A stretch of 64,000 nt of DNA from an uncultured Aliarcobacter sp. (GCA_963677435.1 OY781945.1:832001-896000), one strand, 5' to 3'. Counted from the first letter of the stretch, positions 18,761-28,708 are shown. Program-made: numbers and translations. Notes: generated from the sequence alone by a model not told the origin.

Positions 18761-20872
18761 ATGAATATAAAAAATTTTTTTTCAAAAGATTTAATAGTTG
18801 TTGCACTATTTGTTTCAATATTATTGATTATAATCGTACCATTACCAAGAGGAATCTTAGATTTTTTCTTGGTAATTTCATTATCTATATCTTTACTTAT
18901 TTTATTAATATCTTTATATATACAAAAACCATCAGATTTAACAACTTTCCCTACGCTTATTTTAATATTTGCGCTTTTTAGGTTATCTTTAAATATTGCA
19001 ACAACAAGATCCATTTTAAGTGAAGGTCATAATGGTCCGGATGCTGTAAGTACAATCATATCAGCGTTTGGAGAATTTGTTGTTGGTGGGAATATGGTTA
19101 TTGGTATAATTATATTTATTATATTAGTACTTATTAATTTTATGGTTGTAACAAAAGGTGCTACAAGGGTTGCTGAGGTAACTGCTAGATTTACACTTGA
19201 TTCAATGCCTGGTAAACAAATGGCTATTGATGCTGATTTAAATGCTGGTTTTATTGATGATAAACAAGCACAGGAACGAAGAAAAACTCTAATCTCAGAA
19301 GCAAATTTTTATGGAGCAATGGATGGATCTTCTAAGTTCGTAAAAGGTGATGCTGTTGCTGGTATTATTATTACAATCGTAAATTTAATTGGAGGAATAT
19401 TAATTGGTCTTTTTCAACATGATTTATCTATTTCACAAGCTGGAGAAGTATATACAATTTTAACTATTGGAGATGGTTTAGTTGCTCAAATTCCAGCTTT
19501 AATTTTATCAACTGCAACTGCAATCATAATAACTCGTTCTAATATGGATGAAGAGAAATTTGCAAGCCAATCTATTTCTCAATTAATCAATGATAGTAAA
19601 TCTTTAATTTTATTAGGTATTGGATTAGTTCTATTTGGTTTTATACCTGGTTTCCCAACTGGTATTTTAATGGGTATGGGTTTCTTAATGATATTTATAG
19701 GTTATGTAATAAATATGATAAATGACAAGCAAGATAATTCACTTACTCGATTCTTTAAAACGGAAATACTTAAAACAAAAGTTGAAGAAGATGTTAATAT
19801 GCTAAAAGAGAAAAAGAAAAGTATGGCTGTTGCTGATGAATCTCAATCAATTGAAAATATTATGAAACTTGAAGTTTTAGAGTTAAAACTTGGAATTAGA
19901 TTATTACAACTCGTACAAGGAAACTCTGAATTACTTGATAAAATTAGAGCTATAAGAAAAACAATTGCAAGTGAATTAGGTTTTGTAATCCCACAAATTA
20001 GAATTTCAGATGATGCAAATTTAGGACCTAATGAATATCAATTATTCTTAAAAAGAATACCACTGGTAAAAGGCAGAGTTGAAGTTGATAAACTTCTTGC
20101 AATGGGTGGATTGTCAAATGAAAAATTAGTTGGATTAAAAGTTAAAGAACCTGTATTTAATCTTGATGCTACATGGATTGCAAATGATTTAAAAGAAGAA
20201 GCTTTAATGAAAGGATTTACTGTTGTTGATGGTCCTACAATCATCTCAACTCATATTTCTGAAATTATTAAAAAACATGCAGAAGATATTATAACAAGAC
20301 AAGATATTGTTGATATTGTTGAAAGATTGAAAAAAGATTTCCCAATTGTAATTGATGAAGCTATGAAAGTAACTTCTTATGGTTCTTTATTGAAAGTTTG
20401 TAGAGATTTATTACATGAAAAAATTCCAATTATTGATATGTTAACAATTATTGAAGCTGTTGCTGATATTGCAGAATTCACTAAAGCTCCTGAAATTTTA
20501 TTAGAGCATGTAAGAGCAAAACTATATAGACTTATTACTCAAAAATTTAAAGATAATGATGGGGTTTTACATATTGTAACAATCAAACCAGAGCTTGAAC
20601 AACAATTCATTGGTAAACTTCAAGAACATCATGGAGTTTCACAACTTATGATTTCTATTGCAGAGATTAATAATCTAGTAACAAAAACAAAAAAACTTTT
20701 AGATGAAGTTGAAGCAAAAGGTTTCTCAAAAGTAACAATGGTAGTAGACCCTGTTTTAAGAAAAAGAATATCAGAAATTTATGAGAAATTTGGTTTACAA
20801 ATTTCAGTTTTATCTCATGCTGAACTTGATTCAAAAGCAAATTTTGCAATTGAGGGTACATTAGAATTTTAA
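18761..20872 (+). CDS. flhA: Flagellar export protein FlhA
   Basis: RVAEVTARFTLDSMPGKQMAIDADLNAG, FYGAMDGSSKFVKGDA. Confidence 0.98.
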   Translation: MNIKNFFSKDLIVVALFVSILLIIIVPLPRGILDFFLVISLSISLLILLISLYIQKPSDLTTFPTLILIFALFRLSLNIATTRSILSEGHNGPDAVSTIISAFGEFVVGGNMVIGIIIFIILVLINFMVVTKGATRVAEVTARFTLDSMPGKQMAIDADLNAGFIDDKQAQERRKTLISEANFYGAMDGSSKFVKGDAVAGIIITIVNLIGGILIGLFQHDLSISQAGEVYTILTIGDGLVAQIPALILSTATAIIITRSNMDEEKFASQSISQLINDSKSLILLGIGLVLFGFIPGFPTGILMGMGFLMIFIGYVINMINDKQDNSLTRFFKTEILKTKVEEDVNMLKEKKKSMAVADESQSIENIMKLEVLELKLGIRLLQLVQGNSELLDKIRAIRKTIASELGFVIPQIRISDDANLGPNEYQLFLKRIPLVKGRVEVDKLLAMGGLSNEKLVGLKVKEPVFNLDATWIANDLKEEALMKGFTVVDGPTIISTHISEIIKKHAEDIITRQDIVDIVERLKKDFPIVIDEAMKVTSYGSLLKVCRDLLHEKIPIIDMLTIIEAVADIAEFTKAPEILLEHVRAKLYRLITQKFKDNDGVLHIVTIKPELEQQFIGKLQEHHGVSQLMISIAEINNLVTKTKKLLDEVEAKGFSKVTMVVDPVLRKRISEIYEKFGLQISVLSHAELDSKANFAIEGTLEF

Positions 20873-20891
20873 AAAAATATAAGGAAAATAT

Positions 20892-21599
20892 ATGAAAATT
20901 TTATGGATTTGTTTATTATTGATTTCATCAATATTTGCAAATGAATATTATGCAAAATTAGAGCCAATAGATAGTTATGAAGTAAAAGCTGCAGTTGCTG
21001 GCAAAATAATATATTCTAATTCTAAAATAGAAGGATTAAAAGCAAATAATTCAACAATTATAGAAATAGATTCACAAGTTAATAAAGTAGAACTTGAACA
21101 ATCAAAAAATAAATTAAAATATATTGATGAAATGTTGCAAATTGAAAAAAATAATTATGATAGATTAAATCAAGTAAGTTCTAAATCAGCCTTTGAAAAA
21201 GATACTCAGAAATTAAAAGTAATTAATTTAGAATCTTCAAAAGCTGATATGATAATAAAAATTGAAACATTAAAAGATACTATTTCTAATAAAAAATTAA
21301 TAGAAAAATCAAATTATATTTATAATATTGCAGTAAAAGATGGAGATTATGTAAATCCAGGAACTCTACTTTATGAAGCAAAAGATTTATCAAAAGGTAA
21401 GTTGGAATTTTTTGTTCCAATAGCTCAAATAGATGAGATTAAAAATAAAGATATTTATTTAGATGGTAAAAAAAGTGATATAAAAATATCAAAAATTTAT
21501 GATGTTGCAGATGCTACAAATATTTCAGCATATAAAGTGGAACTAATAATAGATGATGTAAAAATATTTTCAAGGCTGGTGAAAATTGAATTCAAATAA
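20892..21599 (+). CDS. Membrane-fusion (HlyD/efflux adaptor)-like exported protein
   Basis: Signal peptide, split lipoyl-like halves (VKAAVAGKI / VKDGDYVNPGTLL) flanking a coiled-coil hairpin. Confidence 0.7.
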   Translation: MKILWICLLLISSIFANEYYAKLEPIDSYEVKAAVAGKIIYSNSKIEGLKANNSTIIEIDSQVNKVELEQSKNKLKYIDEMLQIEKNNYDRLNQVSSKSAFEKDTQKLKVINLESSKADMIIKIETLKDTISNKKLIEKSNYIYNIAVKDGDYVNPGTLLYEAKDLSKGKLEFFVPIAQIDEIKNKDIYLDGKKSDIKISKIYDVADATNISAYKVELIIDDVKIFSRLVKIEFK

Positions 21600-23292
21600 T
21601 AAAGTAGCATGTCCAATGGACTGCTATGATGCTTGTCAAGGGCAAATGATAGATGGAAATATTAAAGGTTCAAAAGAACATAAAACAACGAATGGAAAGC
21701 TTTGTATAAATTTTGCAAATTTATTAAAAGAAGATAATCTAAAAAAATCTTTTTTTGAAGGCAATGAAATTTCATTAGAAAAATCATTAAATATTTTAGT
21801 TGATAAACTAAAATCAACAACTCCTTCTAAAACACTTTATTATAAAGGAAGTGGAAATATTGGTGTAATGCAAAGTGTTACAAAAAACTTTTTTACTCAA
21901 TATGGAGCAACTTTAACAAGAGGTAGTTTATGTGATGGTGGCGGTGGTGCTGGAATTGAAGCAGGGCGACAAAATGTAATTAATCCACCAATTCAAAAAT
22001 TAATAGATGCTGATGTTATTATTGTTTGGGGAAGAAACTTCACTGTAACTTCTTCTCATATGTATAATTTAGTAAAAGATAAAATATTTATAACAATTGA
22101 TCCTCTTTGTACTGATATTGCAAAAAAATCACAAATACATATGCAAATCAATCCAAAAACTGATTATGAATTAGCATTGCTATTCACAAGATTCGCTCAT
22201 ATGCAAGATTTAGAAAATTCGCAATTTATTGAAGAATTTGGAAGTGGTGCAGATTGGTTTTTTGATATTGCAAGAAATAGGCCACTTGTTTCATATGAAG
22301 CAACAACTGGTATTTCACTCTCACAAGTGTATGAATTTTTTGATTTAATTGTAAATAAAAAAGTTGCTATTGTTTTAGGCCTTGGTGTTCAAAAATATTT
22401 TGAAGGTGCTCAAATTACAAGATGTATTGATTCCTTTGCTGCATATATGGGTTTTCATAAACAAGATGCAGGTGGAGTTTGGTATTTAAGTGATTCAGGA
22501 TTTGGTTATGAAAAACCATTTGAAATAAAAGGAACAAATAAAAAAGTTTCTATTCCTGAAGTTGATTTTTCTTCATATGATTTAGTTTTTATTCAAGGTG
22601 GAGATCCTGTTATTTCACATCCAAATACTCAAAAAGTAATAGATGGATTGAAAAAAACATTTGTTGTTTATTTTGGAACTACATTAAATGCCACTTGTGA
22701 ATATGCAGATTTAATAATTCCATCTTGTTCTTTTTTATCAAAAAGAGATGTTAGATTATCTTATGGACATGAATTAAAATCTATCTCTGATGTGGTAATT
22801 CCAAAAGATGAAAATACAATGAGTGAATATGAATTGACTTCTTATTTAATTGAACAATTTAATCTAAAAGAGTTAAAAAAAGAAGACGAAATTATCTCAT
22901 ATTATGAAAATCATAAACCAAAATTAGAAGATTTTGAAACATTCGATTTTGTAGAAGAGTTAGATATTGAACCTTTATATAAAGAAAAAACAAATGAGAA
23001 TTTTTATTTTATTACAGGAAAAAGTAAAAAATCATTAAATTCTCAATTTACAAATGATGATTTTGTATATTTAAATTCTGCAACAAATTTTAAAAATGGG
23101 GATAGTGTAAGTATATCTTCAAAATACGGAAGTGCAAAATTCATTGTAAAAATAAATGATGATATAAAAAGTAATTGTGCTTTCTTTTTTGCAGGAAATA
23201 AAAATGCTAATTATCTAACTCCTGCAAAAGAAGATGAAAGTTCATTTTCTGCAATATTCCAAGAAGTATTGGTGGAAATTGAACTATCGTAA
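21586..23292 (+). CDS. Molybdopterin (bis-MGD family) oxidoreductase, compact cytoplasmic form
   Basis: N-terminal CPMDCYDAC...GKLC Fe-S motif, IIVWGRN, IDP, P.TD..LAL, TCEYADLIIP, C-terminal dinucleotide-binding barrel (GDSVSISSKYG); no Tat signal. Confidence 0.85.
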   Translation: MNSNNKVACPMDCYDACQGQMIDGNIKGSKEHKTTNGKLCINFANLLKEDNLKKSFFEGNEISLEKSLNILVDKLKSTTPSKTLYYKGSGNIGVMQSVTKNFFTQYGATLTRGSLCDGGGGAGIEAGRQNVINPPIQKLIDADVIIVWGRNFTVTSSHMYNLVKDKIFITIDPLCTDIAKKSQIHMQINPKTDYELALLFTRFAHMQDLENSQFIEEFGSGADWFFDIARNRPLVSYEATTGISLSQVYEFFDLIVNKKVAIVLGLGVQKYFEGAQITRCIDSFAAYMGFHKQDAGGVWYLSDSGFGYEKPFEIKGTNKKVSIPEVDFSSYDLVFIQGGDPVISHPNTQKVIDGLKKTFVVYFGTTLNATCEYADLIIPSCSFLSKRDVRLSYGHELKSISDVVIPKDENTMSEYELTSYLIEQFNLKELKKEDEIISYYENHKPKLEDFETFDFVEELDIEPLYKEKTNENFYFITGKSKKSLNSQFTNDDFVYLNSATNFKNGDSVSISSKYGSAKFIVKINDDIKSNCAFFFAGNKNANYLTPAKEDESSFSAIFQEVLVEIELS

Positions 23293-24460
23293 ACTTTTTA
23301 GAGAGCATAAAATTATAAGGGATTTATCCCTTGTTCAATTTATCTCTTATTTTGGAGCTTGGTTTTCAAATGTAGCTATTTATACTATGCTTGTAAATTT
23401 TGGCTCAACAGAATTTGCAATATCTTTAGTAACTGCTATGCACTTTTTACCTGCAATTTTAATTGCCCCTTTTTCAGGAGCGATTATTGATAGGGTTAAA
23501 ATCAAACCTTTGATGATAAGTCTTATTATTACTGAGTTAGTAATGACCTTATGTTTTTTAGCAATAGATGATAAGAGTCAACTTTGGCTTTTGATGATTT
23601 TTATTTTTATTAGAATGAGTGCTGCTTCTATGTTCTTTTCAACTGAAATGTCACTATTAGCTAAACTATTAAGAGAAAAACCACTACAACTTGCAAATGA
23701 AATCCATTCAATTATTTGGTCATTTACTTATGCTGCTGGTATGGCAATAAGTGGTTTTGTTGTAAATTTATATGGTGTAAAAGTTGCTTTTATGATAGAT
23801 GCTTTTATATTTTTTACAGCTTTAGTAATTTTTATAAATATTGATTTTGTTGTAAAAGCTAGTGTTACAACAGATAAGATTTTTCAACTTATAAAAGATG
23901 GATTTATATATATTAAAAATCATAAGATAATGTTACATTTAATCTTTTTACACTCTTGTGTTGGATTAACTTCATTTGATGCTTTGATTACTATTTTGGC
24001 AAAAAATGAGTATAAATATGTCATCTCTGTTCCTTTAGCAATTGGATTATCAAATGCTGTAAGAGCAGTTGCTTTGATGATAGGACCTATGTTAATATCA
24101 AAATATGTTACCAAACAGAACTTACACTATTTAATGATATTTCAAGGATTAAGCATAATTTTGTGGGGATTTATGCAAGAGAACTTTTATATATCTTTGA
24201 TAGCTTTATTTTTTGTGGGACTAAGTACTACGATTTTATGGTCATTTACCTATGCTTTAATTCAAGATACTTGTGATGAAAGATTTATAGGAAGAGTTAT
24301 TTCTTATAACGACATGTTTTTTATGCTTTCATGTGTAGTAACAACTTTATTTATTGGCTTAATGGCAAGTTTAACTTCTGTAGATATAATAACTATTCTT
24401 TTAGGAGTAGGGTTTTTAGCTTTTGCTTTTTATTACACAAGGATTTTGAAATGGATATAA
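23279..24460 (+). CDS. MFS transporter (DHA3/macrolide-efflux-like)
   Basis: ~12 TM; PFSGAIIDR motif A, GRVIS in C-half; likely TTG start at 23279 overlapping the upstream stop. Confidence 0.85.
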   Translation: MNYRKLFREHKIIRDLSLVQFISYFGAWFSNVAIYTMLVNFGSTEFAISLVTAMHFLPAILIAPFSGAIIDRVKIKPLMISLIITELVMTLCFLAIDDKSQLWLLMIFIFIRMSAASMFFSTEMSLLAKLLREKPLQLANEIHSIIWSFTYAAGMAISGFVVNLYGVKVAFMIDAFIFFTALVIFINIDFVVKASVTTDKIFQLIKDGFIYIKNHKIMLHLIFLHSCVGLTSFDALITILAKNEYKYVISVPLAIGLSNAVRAVALMIGPMLISKYVTKQNLHYLMIFQGLSIILWGFMQENFYISLIALFFVGLSTTILWSFTYALIQDTCDERFIGRVISYNDMFFMLSCVVTTLFIGLMASLTSVDIITILLGVGFLAFAFYYTRILKWI

Positions 24461-24675
24461 ACGAAAAGATTTTATTGTTAGCAATATTAAAAAAAGAAGT
24501 TGATGAGACTTTAAATGATATTGTTTTAAAACTAGAAAATACAAATTTATTCTCTTTAAAAGAGGGCAAAAAACTTTTAAAAAAACTTAGAAGTGAAGAG
24601 TTTATTACAGATTCATATTTGACTTTAAAAGGTGAAGTTATTGCTAAAAATGTAGAACAAGAATTTAAAATATAA
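24451..24675 (+). CDS. Small hypothetical protein, winged-helix-like
   Basis: ATG 24451 after AAGGA; 74 aa; LKKL...FIT...LTLKG pattern typical of wHTH wings. Confidence 0.55.
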   Translation: MDINEKILLLAILKKEVDETLNDIVLKLENTNLFSLKEGKKLLKKLRSEEFITDSYLTLKGEVIAKNVEQEFKI

Positions 24676-24686
24676 AAGGGATATAG

Positions 24687-25250
24687 ATGATTTTAGATTA
24701 TAAAAATATTGACGATTTAAATAGATATAAAATTATGTCAGGAACAGTAATTCCACGACCAATAGCTTGGATAGTTACAGAAGATGATGGTGTTTTAAAT
24801 GCTGCACCTTTTTCATATTTTATTCCTATTTCTTCAAATCCTGCATTATTAATTGTTGCAATTGGGAAAAAAGATGATGGGAGTCCAAAAGATTCACTGG
24901 CAAATATTTTAAAAACTAAAAAAGCAACTATTTGTTTTGTAAATAAGGACAATGTTGATAAAGTGCAAAAATGTGCAATGCCTCTTGGAAAAAATGAAAG
25001 TGAAATTGAAAAGTTTGAAATAGATGTTAAAAATGTAATGGATGGATATCCACCTATGATAGCATCTTCACAAAGTGCAATGTTTTGTGAATATTATGAT
25101 ACATATAAAATTTCAGGAGATACTACCCCTGTTGTTTTGGAATTAAAGTACCAATACATTGAAGATGATAGAATTAATGAAAGAAATCATATAAATGTAG
25201 AAAATCTTGGAAGATGTGGAGTATCTTTTAAAGCTTTAGTTGATTTATAA
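24687..25250 (+). CDS. Flavin reductase-like FMN-binding protein
   Basis: YKIMSGTVIPRPIAWIVT...NAAPFSYF...KDSLANI motif. Confidence 0.9.
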   Translation: MILDYKNIDDLNRYKIMSGTVIPRPIAWIVTEDDGVLNAAPFSYFIPISSNPALLIVAIGKKDDGSPKDSLANILKTKKATICFVNKDNVDKVQKCAMPLGKNESEIEKFEIDVKNVMDGYPPMIASSQSAMFCEYYDTYKISGDTTPVVLELKYQYIEDDRINERNHINVENLGRCGVSFKALVDL

Positions 25251-25273
25251 TTAAAAGGCATTTGCCTTTTAAT
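25250..25273. terminator. Bidirectional intrinsic terminator between convergent genes
   Basis: ATTAAAAGGCA-tt-TGCCTTTTAAT inverted repeat with A/T tails on both sides. Confidence 0.8.
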
Positions 25274-25281
25274 ATTTTGTT

Positions 25282-25719
25282 TTAAACTGCTGTATTTCCA
25301 CAGTGTCCACATTTCTTTGCAGCAATTGGAATTTCCATTGCACACTCACTACAAACTTTTGTAGTTGGAGCTTTTTCTTCAACAACTTCTTCTTTTTTTA
25401 ATTTGTTATATGATTTTATAAACATAAACATTACAAAACCTAAGATTACAAATGAAATTGTATCATTTACAAATAAACCTAATTTAATTGCAGGAGCTCC
25501 AGCTTTTTCTAGTTCTGCTAAAGTAGCATAAGAATTTCCATCTAAAGAGATAAACAATTGTGAAAAATCAACTCTTCCCAGTAATAATCCAATTGGAGGC
25601 ATTATTACATTTGTTACAAGTGATTTGATTAATGTTGCAAATGCAGCTCCAAAAATAAACCCAACTGCCATGTCAACAACATTACCTTTTATCAGAAAAT
25701 CTCTAAATTCTTTTAACAT
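25282..25719 (-). CDS. mscL: Large-conductance mechanosensitive channel with C-terminal 4-Cys ribbon
   Basis: MLKEFRDFLIKGNVVDMAVGFIFGAAF..LIKSLV..VIMP signature; tail CSEC-x9-CGHC. Confidence 0.95.
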   Translation of the reverse strand: MLKEFRDFLIKGNVVDMAVGFIFGAAFATLIKSLVTNVIMPPIGLLLGRVDFSQLFISLDGNSYATLAELEKAGAPAIKLGLFVNDTISFVILGFVMFMFIKSYNKLKKEEVVEEKAPTTKVCSECAMEIPIAAKKCGHCGNTAV

Positions 25720-25940
25720 ATCTTACTCCTAATATTTTTTGAAATTATAATCAAAATATCTTCATTGGCACTAAAGTCATTTTAAGTAAAATTTAATAAC
25801 TCCATTATAATCTACTAAATAGCTTTTAATTTGAAAAATAATTAATAATTTAATTTTTAAAGAGGATAAAGTTTCAAAGAAAATTCTTATTATCAGCTAG
25901 AAAATAAATAATTTAATAGGAATAAGAGATATTTATATTA

Positions 25941-26000
25941 GTTTATATATTTTTATATATTTCTATATAAGTATATATATTTCTATAGAAATATATAGAT
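25941..26000. repeat. 10-bp-period AT-rich tandem repeat containing a 24-bp perfect palindrome
   Basis: Units gtttatatat/ttttatatat/ttctatataa/gtatatatat/ttctatagaa/atatatagat; palindrome TATATATTTCTATAGAAATATATA at 25974-25997. Confidence 0.6.
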
Positions 26001-26006
26001 TTAATT

Positions 26007-26040
26007 GCAATAAACAAAGCCATAAGCTTTGTTTTATTGC
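26007..26040 (-). terminator. Intrinsic terminator of the 26034-26867 gene
   Basis: GCAATAAACAAAGC-cataa-GCTTTGTTTTATTGC near-perfect hairpin overlapping the stop codon. Confidence 0.7.
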
Positions 26041-26867
26041 ACGATTTGATGAAGTTTTGAACATTGTCCTAAATAAGTACCCATTCCACACATATCATTC
26101 ATAATATCCAAGAAACTGTGAGCATGAGCATTATAAACATAAACAAAAATCTCATCACCTTTTTTTAAAAAATTATGTTTCCCAAATTCTGTATATGCAG
26201 TTGCACCAGCTGCTATTAAAATACCTTTAGAATTTTGTGCTTCAGTCATAAATTGTGTTAACTCTTCAAGTGGTCCACAATCTTCTTGGGTATTTAATTT
26301 ATTTATCATCCAATTTTTTAATTGTTCAAAAAAATAGCTATAAGATTTCACAGCACTTGTAGTTCCATAATCATGAACTATTCCATCTCTTTTAATAAAA
26401 GAAGAGATGTGATATTTACTTAAAATTCCTTTTTCAGTAAAGTTATCAATCTCTATAATATCTTGAGAGATTCCTTTTGTATTAATTCCCCAGTTTTTCT
26501 TAGTACTTAATTTTTCTCCATTATTTACCCTAATAGAGCAGTCATTAAAGGCTGAGAAATACTTTGGAATAATATCAACTACTTTTCCATCTTTGTATTC
26601 AAAGTCACAAATTAAAGCAACTTCTGCTTCAACTTGAAGGTTTTCATTTTCTCTTCCATGTGTTAAAATAATTTCATCACAAATTGGATAAGTTCCTAAA
26701 AAACTATTATGGTTTTTTATATAAAAAGGAAACATTCCTTTTGGCGCATCTTTTTCTTCGGTTTTTATTACTGCAAATTCACTAGCTTCTCCCGCTTCAC
26801 CTAAGTGATTAGCAAAATTTCCAGCAACAGCAAAACCTAAATAATCTTTTAAATCATCTAATAACAT
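26034..26867 (-). CDS. Conserved hypothetical protein, FAH (fumarylacetoacetate hydrolase)-like (probably DUF5718)
   Basis: AGNFANH, QVEAEVAL, AFNDCS, KKNWG and AGAT fall in the order of FAH-superfamily motifs; DUF assignment is from recollection only. Confidence 0.55.
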   Translation of the reverse strand: MLLDDLKDYLGFAVAGNFANHLGEAGEASEFAVIKTEEKDAPKGMFPFYIKNHNSFLGTYPICDEIILTHGRENENLQVEAEVALICDFEYKDGKVVDIIPKYFSAFNDCSIRVNNGEKLSTKKNWGINTKGISQDIIEIDNFTEKGILSKYHISSFIKRDGIVHDYGTTSAVKSYSYFFEQLKNWMINKLNTQEDCGPLEELTQFMTEAQNSKGILIAAGATAYTEFGKHNFLKKGDEIFVYVYNAHAHSFLDIMNDMCGMGTYLGQCSKLHQIVQ

Positions 26868-27009
26868 TTATTTTTCCTATATTATTATCTTTTAAGTGGG
26901 GAAGAATAACATTTATTTTATCTTCTTAAAGTCAAAAATTGAATCTAGTTTGTTGGTATAAGGATTATTTTAGGTAATAGGAAGTGTATAAAGTTATAAG
27001 TTAATACTA

Positions 27010-27041
27010 AAATTACAAAAGGCAAATGCCTTTTGTAATTT
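27010..27041 (-). terminator. Intrinsic terminator of the fumarase gene
   Basis: AAATTACAAAAGGCA-aa-TGCCTTTTGTAATTT perfect 15-bp inverted repeat at the stop. Confidence 0.8.
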
Positions 27042-28533
27042 AGATTGTTCTCCATTTAGCAGGACCAGTAGTGTGAATTGAAGTTCCTTCTGTATCAACT
27101 GCCACAGTTACAGGCATATCTTCAACATCAAATTCATAAATAGCTTCCATTCCCATCTCTTCAAAAGCAAGAACTTTTGCATCTTTAATTGATTGAGAAA
27201 TTAAGTAAGCAGCACCACCCGTTGCAATTAAATACATAGATTTGTATTCTTTAATTAAATCAATAGTTGGTTGTTTTCTTTCAGCTTTTCCAATCATTCC
27301 CATGATTCCAATTTCCATCATGTCTTTAGTAAATTTATCCATTCTTGTAGATGTAGTTGGTCCAGCAGGTCCTACTTTTTCATCTCTAACTGGATCAACA
27401 GGTCCAACATAATAAATGAATCTGTCTTTTAAATCAACACCATTTGGAAGAGGTTTACCAGCATTTTTGTACTCAACTATTTTTTTATGCGCTGCATCTC
27501 TAGCAGTTAAAATTTTTCCAGTTAATAATAATGTATCACCTGATTTAAATTGAGATAAGTTCTCTTTAGTTAAATCTGCAATATTTACTTTTTTAATACT
27601 ATCTAATGGTAATTTTACATCTGGCCATAAATCTAAATTAGGTTTTTTAAATTTAGCTACACCCTCACCAGCTTTTAGTTTAAAGTGAATATGTCTAGTA
27701 GCTGCACAGTTAGGAATCATTGCAACTGGTAAAGAAGCAGCGTGACAAGGATAATCTAAGATTTTAACATCAACAACAGTTGTTAATCCTCCAAGACCTT
27801 GTGCACCAATTCCAACCTTATTAATATCAGTATAAAGTCTTAATCTTAACTCTTCTAAAGCATTTTGAGGACCTCTTGCTTGAAGTTCATGAATATCAAC
27901 ATGACCCATTAAAGACTCTTTTGCTAATAACATTGCTTTTTCAGGATTTCCACCAATACCAATACCTAAAATTCCAGGAGGACACCATCCAGCTCCCATT
28001 TCTCTAACATTTGCCATAACCCAGTCATAAATTGAATCTGATGGATTTAATACTGCAAATTTAGATTTGTTTTCACTTCCTCCACCTTTTGCTGCAACTG
28101 TAATATCTAATTCATCAGAATTATCAACAGTTACATGAATAACAGCAGGAGTATTATCTTTAGTATTTGTTCTTTTTCCAGCAGGATCTGAAACAACAGA
28201 ATATCTTAAAGTATTATCAGGATCAGTATATCCTTTTGCCACACCTTCATTTAATACATCAACTAACTCTTTAGTTAATTCTAAGTTAGCTTTTAATCCA
28301 ACTCTAACAAAAATATTTACAGATCCAGTATCTTGACATAAAGGTCTGTGACCTAATGCACACATTTTAGAGTTTATTAAAATTTGTCCAATTGCATTTT
28401 TAGCAGCTTCTGATTTTTCATTTTCATAAGCTTCAACCATAGCTGTTACAAAGTCTTCTGGGTGAAAATATGAAATATATTGACAGGCATCTGCAATACT
28501 ATCTATTATATCTTGTTGTTTTATTACGCTCAT
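27040..28533 (-). CDS. Class I Fe-S fumarate hydratase (fused alpha/beta)
   Basis: PLCQDTG, KGGGSENK, GWCPPG, CAATRH, ARDAAH, GPTTSTRM. Confidence 0.95.
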   Translation of the reverse strand: MSVIKQQDIIDSIADACQYISYFHPEDFVTAMVEAYENEKSEAAKNAIGQILINSKMCALGHRPLCQDTGSVNIFVRVGLKANLELTKELVDVLNEGVAKGYTDPDNTLRYSVVSDPAGKRTNTKDNTPAVIHVTVDNSDELDITVAAKGGGSENKSKFAVLNPSDSIYDWVMANVREMGAGWCPPGILGIGIGGNPEKAMLLAKESLMGHVDIHELQARGPQNALEELRLRLYTDINKVGIGAQGLGGLTTVVDVKILDYPCHAASLPVAMIPNCAATRHIHFKLKAGEGVAKFKKPNLDLWPDVKLPLDSIKKVNIADLTKENLSQFKSGDTLLLTGKILTARDAAHKKIVEYKNAGKPLPNGVDLKDRFIYYVGPVDPVRDEKVGPAGPTTSTRMDKFTKDMMEIGIMGMIGKAERKQPTIDLIKEYKSMYLIATGGAAYLISQSIKDAKVLAFEEMGMEAIYEFDVEDMPVTVAVDTEGTSIHTTGPAKWRTI

Positions 28534-28562
28534 TTGTTTCCTTTTTGCTTAGAAATTTTAAT

Positions 28563-28571
28563 ATTATAGCA
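28563..28571 (-). promoter_or_regulatory. Extended -10 sigma70 promoter (TGcTATAAT) of the fumarase gene
   Basis: Reverse complement of ATTATAGCA, ~30 nt upstream of the start codon. Confidence 0.6.
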
Positions 28572-28708
28572 ATGCTGTGATGAAAGAATTCTTTTATTTA
28601 TAGTTTATTATTTATTTTTTTAAAAGTGTTTAGTTTTTACCTTTTTCTAGACTTTATTTGATATATTTTTTAGTGATTGAGGTGAAAATAAAAAAGAGGG
28701 ATTTATAG

